Assembly: GCA_023264145.1 (NCBI GenBank)
Contig: JALQTA010000002.1
Location: 1 to 38,024, forward strand
Length of the DNA: 38,024 nucleotides
Direction: 5' to 3'
Origin: Minisyncoccota bacterium
GTDB lineage: Bacteria > Patescibacteriota > Minisyncoccia > SW-4-49-11
Shown here: one piece after another, positions 32,856-38,024 of the stretch
How positions within the stretch are numbered: the stretch's first letter is position 1
How the letters are laid out: the number at the start of each line of letters is the position of its first letter
Program-made: the position numbers and the translations under genes
Notes under the pieces: model-generated
The model's database searches: none
What the model was told of the DNA's origin: nothing
The model's input: the letters and a program-made list of their open reading frames with translations, nothing else

Positions 32856-33947
32856 TTATGATTCTCGCTGATTCAGAAGTATTTCCAATTGAATAATCGT
32901 ATTTTGTATATGGATAAAAGCTTCATACGGAGAGGTAAATGAAAGGTGTTGTTTTTTCGTATAATGATCATATCCTAAATAATAGAAAAAATCTCTATTC
33001 ATACTATAAAATAAATTACGCATCAAAGGGTCATCATCAATAGTATCAATTTCTGCATGTTCTTTTCCTAACATATAGGTAGCATATTCCCAAAGTCGAA
33101 ATACCCCCTTTTCAAGATTACTATGACGAGACCAATTACGCTCTTCTTGAATACGAATCGATATCGTCTTTTTAGTTTTACTTTGAGTAATCTGAGCCTT
33201 AGTAGAAGCAAGAGCTATCTCGAGTCCAATAGACTTTGTCATCAACTGAATCGTTTGATGATTTTTTACATTCATCAAATCAAAATAATTATTATAGGTA
33301 TACCAATGAATATGAATATCAGTCTTTTCTACCTCTTTAATCCAGGTAACTCGTCCTCCCCTAAATCGTCGGAAAGCTTTTAATGGCATAGTCATCACTC
33401 CCCCTTTACGTTCATCTACAATAGAGACAAAGTCAATCATCCCAAAATGGGTAACTAATTTTTCCAATGGTAACTGACGATATATTAAAGGCAAATAAAC
33501 TGCCGTTGGTTTAAGATGCAAATATTCATGTATTCTTTCTATTGTTCCTGCAATCTCATCCTTCCACCAATCAAAATAATACATACTCAGATGGCTACTT
33601 CCCCAATACGCATCGGGGATGATATAAACAAGATCTTTTTTAATCATTTTATGTAATATCTCTAAAAATTGAGGATATTTACGTCCCGCTACATCAAGAA
33701 AATGCCCCGTAATAATAACTGAAATTTTAATATTTTGCTCATATAAAAATTCAAATAAGGGAATATATAATGTATGAAATTCTTTTTCCCAAATAGCCTC
33801 GCTTTGTTTTTTATCAACAAAAGGAAGCTTAGGATTTTTGAGTATATCTACTAATGATTTAGAAGTATAAGCAAACACCAAGGATAAAGAAATGACCACT
33901 GGGTACTCTTGAGCAAAGACTACAGGATTTTTTATTATCTTTGTCAT
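32856..33947 (-). CDS. hypothetical protein, translationally coupled to the GT4 gene; faint GH57/polysaccharide-deacetylase-like pattern without recognisable catalytic residues
   Basis: 363 aa with a 4-nt ATGA overlap with the upstream glycosyltransferase. The segment ISVIITGHFLDVAGRKYPQFLEILHKMI loosely resembles GH57 region isGvlleqL..p..lellr. The HQP and catalytic Glu/Asp motifs were not found. Confidence 0.5.
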   Translation of the reverse strand: MTKIIKNPVVFAQEYPVVISLSLVFAYTSKSLVDILKNPKLPFVDKKQSEAIWEKEFHTLYIPLFEFLYEQNIKISVIITGHFLDVAGRKYPQFLEILHKMIKKDLVYIIPDAYWGSSHLSMYYFDWWKDEIAGTIERIHEYLHLKPTAVYLPLIYRQLPLEKLVTHFGMIDFVSIVDERKGGVMTMPLKAFRRFRGGRVTWIKEVEKTDIHIHWYTYNNYFDLMNVKNHQTIQLMTKSIGLEIALASTKAQITQSKTKKTISIRIQEERNWSRHSNLEKGVFRLWEYATYMLGKEHAEIDTIDDDPLMRNLFYSMNRDFFYYLGYDHYTKKQHLSFTSPYEAFIHIQNTIIQLEILLNQRES

Positions 33948-35212
33948 ACTCCTTCAATTAAATTCAATAATTTTCTCACTTCCTGCGGCCAATTATGATG
34001 AGATAAATCTTTCTGTTGTCGCTTTAATAAATCAATACGAGCATCTTTATTTTGAATAAAATGTAAGATAGTATTTGCAAAAGCTTCTATATCATAATAG
34101 GCAAAGGTTGGAGTTGAAGGAACCACACTAATAAATCCACTTGTCTCTGAGGCAATAGTAGGAACCCCTGAACGAATTGCCTCCAGTGCCGTTAATCCAA
34201 AAGGCTCATTAGGAGATGGCATAACAAATAACTGACTAGTCTTATATAGTTGTTTCTTAGAATCACTATTAACCCATCCCGTAAATACAATATTACGTTC
34301 TAATTTCCTCTTTGCCACATGCTCTACAATTTCAGGTAATAAATTTCCTTCTGTAGATCCGTCTCCCGCAATAATAAAGGTTACTTGAGGATCAATTTGA
34401 AGTACTCGAGCTGCGGTTTCAATCAAAAAGAATAGTCCCTTTTGAGCCACTACTCTTCCCATAAATAATACATTTTTCCCACGATCTAGGTGCTCAAATC
34501 CAAGTTTTTCTGGCTCAAAACTAATATCATTATAAATAGGGTAAATTTTCTCCTCCGGAATATTATAATCTTCAATTAATATCTGCTTAGAAATATCGGA
34601 TACCACTGCTATTTTATCAGCAAGATAAAATCCTTTTTTCTCTAACTCATACAAGGCTCTTGCAGTATGGTCATTATAATGAACATGTCCTCCTGAACGA
34701 TCAACCTCAGTGGAATTAATATGATAATAAAAAGGGATAGTAATCTGATGATGCAACAGCAAAAGATGTGTTGGAATAGCCATCCAATCCATTCCATAAA
34801 TAACATCAAAGTCTTGACCATTGTCCTGTAACCAATCATACACAGCATAGGCATAAGCTCGCGTTGAGATAGGGGTATTATTAGGATACAAGGTAACGCG
34901 CTTCATCGTAGAAGCACTATATAATTGTGGCCATTTTACATATTTCTTTTTTCCCTTTGGGATAAATTCTTTGAGAACAAAATCCTTAAGTCCAGGAATT
35001 ACCTCATCTACTTTACTATATTTCTTAACCCCATCTTCAAGGGAAATAACATCCTTAATCCCATCTGCATTATGAGGAACTAAAATCGTAACCTCTGCTC
35101 CCTGATTTCTCAATTCATCTACCAAACTTCTTACTAAGACTCCCAAACCACCTTCCATCAAAGGCAATATTTCCCATGATAGAATTAGAATTTTTTTCTG
35201 AGATGCCTGCAT
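33944..35212 (-). CDS. GT-B glycosyltransferase (GT4/GT5, glycogen-synthase-like)
   Basis: 422 aa. ILILSWEILPLMEGGLGV N-terminus. C-terminal LFVMPSPNEPFGLTALEAIRSGVP is the E-x7-E motif. Confidence 0.82.
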   Translation of the reverse strand: MQASQKKILILSWEILPLMEGGLGVLVRSLVDELRNQGAEVTILVPHNADGIKDVISLEDGVKKYSKVDEVIPGLKDFVLKEFIPKGKKKYVKWPQLYSASTMKRVTLYPNNTPISTRAYAYAVYDWLQDNGQDFDVIYGMDWMAIPTHLLLLHHQITIPFYYHINSTEVDRSGGHVHYNDHTARALYELEKKGFYLADKIAVVSDISKQILIEDYNIPEEKIYPIYNDISFEPEKLGFEHLDRGKNVLFMGRVVAQKGLFFLIETAARVLQIDPQVTFIIAGDGSTEGNLLPEIVEHVAKRKLERNIVFTGWVNSDSKKQLYKTSQLFVMPSPNEPFGLTALEAIRSGVPTIASETSGFISVVPSTPTFAYYDIEAFANTILHFIQNKDARIDLLKRQQKDLSHHNWPQEVRKLLNLIEGV

Positions 35213-35235
35213 ATCTAATTGGTTATATTATCTTT

Positions 35236-35244
35236 AGTATAGCA
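35236..35244 (-). promoter_or_regulatory. extended -10 element TGCTATACT upstream of the GT4 gene
   Basis: Plus-strand AGTATAGCA, 23 nt upstream of the ATG at 35212. Confidence 0.4.
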
Positions 35245-35257
35245 TAGAGTTATCTAT

Positions 35258-36058
35258 CTATCGAATATGATATTGATTACCCCTCATCTCTATCATCTCC
35301 TCTTTAATAAGATTATCAAGATTCATGATAACTCTCTCATCTTGAATAGTGTCCATTAATTCATCTAATCTATATGGTTTCTCTAAGAGTAGTCGTAAAA
35401 TATGAGCTCTTACCTGTCGATTTGAACCCTCAAAGGCTCCTTGAACGGTATAATGTTTACTTTTCCGATTAGGATTTATTACTTGAGTTTTAAGATATGT
35501 TCCATAATCCATCAAAGCATAATACCATTCTCGTGGATTATCAAAGGAAACCGTACTGTTAACTAAAGGCATAATTTCAGTATCAGAAACCTCATCTTTA
35601 TCGTGAAAAAAATGATGAATAAATACCCGTCGAATATTCGTCTCAATAAACACCGTAGGAATATTATACGCAAAAGCAATAATCGATCCTGCGGTTGCTT
35701 TCCCGATTCCCGGAAATGTAGCTAATATTTCAGGATCACGAGGAAGCACTCCTTGATACTCTTTTTCAATTAACTGAGCAATCTGCCATAGATATTTAGC
35801 TCGCCGATTATACCCCATTCCCTGCCATACCTGTAATACCTCAGACAAAGAAGCCTGAGATAATGAAGTAAAATCTGGAAATGTTTCAATAAATTCAGGA
35901 AATTTTATCATTACTCGATTCACTTGGGTTTGTTGCAACATAATCTCTGAAACAATAACCCAATATGGATCAGGATTATCTCGCCAAGGCATAGGTCGTT
36001 TGTGATCAGAATAATACTCCCAAACAAGCTGTATAAATTCTTGCTGTGTACTATTCAT
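35258..36058 (-). CDS. mutY: MutY-like HhH-GPD adenine DNA glycosylase, cysteine-free (no Fe-S ligands), short C-terminal helical domain
   Basis: 266 aa. PWRDNPDPYWVIVSEIMLQQTQVNRV (MutY N-terminal signature with catalytic Glu). HhH FPGIGKATAGSIIAFAY. No Cys anywhere in the protein. Confidence 0.8.
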   Translation of the reverse strand: MNSTQQEFIQLVWEYYSDHKRPMPWRDNPDPYWVIVSEIMLQQTQVNRVMIKFPEFIETFPDFTSLSQASLSEVLQVWQGMGYNRRAKYLWQIAQLIEKEYQGVLPRDPEILATFPGIGKATAGSIIAFAYNIPTVFIETNIRRVFIHHFFHDKDEVSDTEIMPLVNSTVSFDNPREWYYALMDYGTYLKTQVINPNRKSKHYTVQGAFEGSNRQVRAHILRLLLEKPYRLDELMDTIQDERVIMNLDNLIKEEMIEMRGNQYHIR

Positions 36059-36061
36059 ACC

Positions 36062-38024
36062 CTATTTAGTATCCTCAAGCACCGTAATTTGAATCAAAAA
36101 TTCTTCCTTCTCTACTTTTACTTTTTGTACCCCTTCTTTTGTATCCAAAGATTCAAATTGCCATTCAATAATCCCTACCGGTTCACTAATAAGAGCTTGA
36201 TGATTTTTCATCAGAGAAATCATAGTCTCTGAAGCATCTACCGTTAATCGAATATTTTGCTCCTTAGAAAGTCGGGCATTTTTACGAGTAATCTGAAGAT
36301 TACGAATTAATTCTCGTACCAATCCCTCCTCTTTTAATTCCTCCGTCAAGACATCATCTAAACTCAACGTAAAGCTTCCTGATTTGATACTCGTATCTGA
36401 AACCATATGAGATACAATTTCTTTTACATTAATCTCTGTTTTAATAATATCTCTCATCCAATCAGTCAGTTCCACTCCTTCTACACCGAGAGATTGTAAT
36501 GGCTGCCTTACCTTTATTGCTGATACTTCCCGTAATTTAAACCCTTGCTCCAAGATAAGTTTCACCTGTTCTACTTGATTTAAGATCAAGTCATCAATAT
36601 CCCCCTCATATTCTGGATAAGAAGATAAATGAATAGATTCTACCACTTCATTTTTTTGTCCTACCACCAATTGCTGATACAAATATTCAGTAATAAACGG
36701 AGCAAATGGCGCCAAAAGATGTAATAGCCTCAGAAAATTATCATATAACGACTGTAAGAATTCTCTGTCCCCAGCTGCAAAATCATTACGAGCAGTACGA
36801 ATATACCATTTAGACATATCATCCATACACGCTTTTATTTCTCGAGTAGCCTGAGGAATACGATATTCTTCTAAGGCCATATTAACTTCTCTTATCGTAG
36901 TATTCAATCGTGTATATAGCCATTGATTTTTAGGATGTTTTACGGATGTCAATGCTTTACCTGGAGACCAATTATGAACATTAGAATAGGTAACAAGAAA
37001 ACTATACATATTCCATAATGGAAGAAGATATTCTTGCGTCATTATTTTGACCGTTTTAGGAGAAATAGTAGTATCCTCTCCAGATGAAATAGGGGTAGAG
37101 AAGAAATTTAATCTCACCGCATCAGCTCCAAATTGTTCAATCAGCTCAATAGGATTTGTATAATTTTTCTTACTCTTTGATAATTTTTGCCCATCATCAG
37201 CAAGCACTAATCCGTTCACAATCACATTACGATAACTTGGTTTATCGAATAATGCCGTAGATAAGGCCAATAATGAATAAAACCATCCCCTTGTCTGATC
37301 AACTCCTTCAGCAATATACTCAGCGGGGAATTTAGACTCAAATAATTCTTTATTCTCAAAAGGATAATGAAATCGAGCAAAAGGCATAGACCCTGAATCA
37401 TACCACACATCAATAACATCAAGAATACGACGATATTCTTCCCCATCAAGCATAAAGGTAATCTCATCAACAAAAGGCCTATGAGGATCATCAATTTTCA
37501 CCCCAGACAATGCTTCCAATTCAGCAAAAGAGCCAATTACTTTTACCTTGCCTGAATCAGATTTCCATACGGGTAATGGAGTCCCCCAATACCGCGTTCG
37601 TGAAATTCCCCAATCTTTCACTTCCTTCAGCCAATTCCCAAAGCGACCCTCTTTAATATGATCAGGAATCCAATTAATACTATTATTATGCTCAGCTAAT
37701 CTATCTCGAAGCGTACTCATTGCTACATACCATGAGGTAATAGGCTTATAGATGAGAGGGGTATTCGTACGCCAACACATAGGCAAATCATGTTCATAAT
37801 CCTCTACACGAAAGAGTTTATGAGATGCTTTCAAATCCTCAATAATATATTTATTAGCCTTCCGATAAAACATTCCTGCATACGGAGAAATTTCATCCGT
37901 AAAATCTCCCTGATCATTAATCACATCCACAGACACAATTCCCACTTTTTGAAAAATCTCATTATCTTCAGCTCCATACGGGGCAAGATGTACAATTCCG
38001 GTACCTGAATCTGTTGTCACATGA
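36062..38024 (-). CDS. ileS: isoleucyl-tRNA synthetase, C-terminal ~655 aa; the N-terminus lies beyond the right edge
   Basis: The reading frame is open to the window edge (..H-V-TTDSGTGIVHLAPYGAEDNEIF). WISRTRYWGTPLPVW and KLSKSKKN (KMSKS) are present, followed by the anticodon-binding region. Confidence 0.92.
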   Translation of the reverse strand, partial: HVTTDSGTGIVHLAPYGAEDNEIFQKVGIVSVDVINDQGDFTDEISPYAGMFYRKANKYIIEDLKASHKLFRVEDYEHDLPMCWRTNTPLIYKPITSWYVAMSTLRDRLAEHNNSINWIPDHIKEGRFGNWLKEVKDWGISRTRYWGTPLPVWKSDSGKVKVIGSFAELEALSGVKIDDPHRPFVDEITFMLDGEEYRRILDVIDVWYDSGSMPFARFHYPFENKELFESKFPAEYIAEGVDQTRGWFYSLLALSTALFDKPSYRNVIVNGLVLADDGQKLSKSKKNYTNPIELIEQFGADAVRLNFFSTPISSGEDTTISPKTVKIMTQEYLLPLWNMYSFLVTYSNVHNWSPGKALTSVKHPKNQWLYTRLNTTIREVNMALEEYRIPQATREIKACMDDMSKWYIRTARNDFAAGDREFLQSLYDNFLRLLHLLAPFAPFITEYLYQQLVVGQKNEVVESIHLSSYPEYEGDIDDLILNQVEQVKLILEQGFKLREVSAIKVRQPLQSLGVEGVELTDWMRDIIKTEINVKEIVSHMVSDTSIKSGSFTLSLDDVLTEELKEEGLVRELIRNLQITRKNARLSKEQNIRLTVDASETMISLMKNHQALISEPVGIIEWQFESLDTKEGVQKVKVEKEEFLIQITVLEDTK

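Noticed and set aside
336-37494. Many short ORFs in the supplied track lie antisense to, or out of frame within, longer well-supported genes. Examples: 336-524, 4213-4485, 5113-5334, 7534-7833, 8292-8552, 9802-10077, 10074-10307, 11424-11618, 12024-12236, 13012-13215, 13025-13237, 13330-13524, 16066-16314, 16730-16915, 16906-17139, 19862-20053, 22452-22637, 22821-23015, 23229-23474, 25543-25767, 26663-26878, 26991-27179, 27725-28081, 30024-30269, 32085-32282, 33123-33383, 34642-34854, 36002-36232, 37222-37494, 37790-38008.
   Set aside because: Each is fully embedded in a longer ORF with clear family motifs. Their translations are low-complexity Ile/Leu/Phe/Asn-rich strings typical of shadow frames in AT-rich DNA. 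No independent promoter or RBS was seen.
1-38024. Alternative genetic code (UGA recoded, as in some candidate phyla), CRISPR arrays, IS elements/transposases/integrases, prophage genes, toxin-antitoxin pairs.
   Set aside because: TGA terminates several well-delimited genes, for example the ATGA overlaps at 29964-29967 and 33944-33947, so the standard code applies. I found no regularly spaced direct repeats, no recombinase-like ORFs and no paired small ORFs. The only phage-like signal is the C-terminal modules of the two large pilins.

Overview
AT-rich, very gene-dense window of 38,024 nt, about 92% coding, with most genes on the minus strand in tightly packed or overlapping operons. TGA is used as a stop, so this is the standard bacterial code. 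The gene content looks like an ultra-small-genome bacterium of the CPR/Patescibacteria type (inference from content only). It includes non-oxidative pentose-phosphate genes (rpiB, tkt, rpe), a few murein genes (murA and a truncated murE-like ligase), aminoacyl-tRNA synthetases (serS, trpS, partial ileS), dnaX, ruvA, rpmA, partial rel, a thiol-redox island, an alpha-glucan module, a GT39 glycosyltransferase, ftsQ and an orphan VirD4-like ATPase. I saw no rRNA, CRISPR array, transposase or integrase. The most unusual content is a five-member paralogous family of GspG/PilA-like prepilins scattered at the 3' ends of housekeeping operons. Two of them (408 aa and 554 aa) are modular pilins with large Cys-free, beta-rich C-terminal modules that resemble phage tail-fibre or lectin-type receptor-binding domains. 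One of these is co-transcribed with a MacB/FtsX-type ABC transporter. Second-tier oddities: tRNA-Leu(CAA) is followed by a 134-bp hairpin-rich spacer and an exact 23-bp copy of its own 3' end (att-like scar). The MutY-like glycosylase has no cysteines. MurA has Asp at the fosfomycin-target Cys position. The MurE-like ligase lacks its N-terminal domain. A TGnTATAAT extended -10 motif recurs upstream of many genes, including one probable leaderless transcript. All functional calls come from motif recognition by eye; no database search was run.
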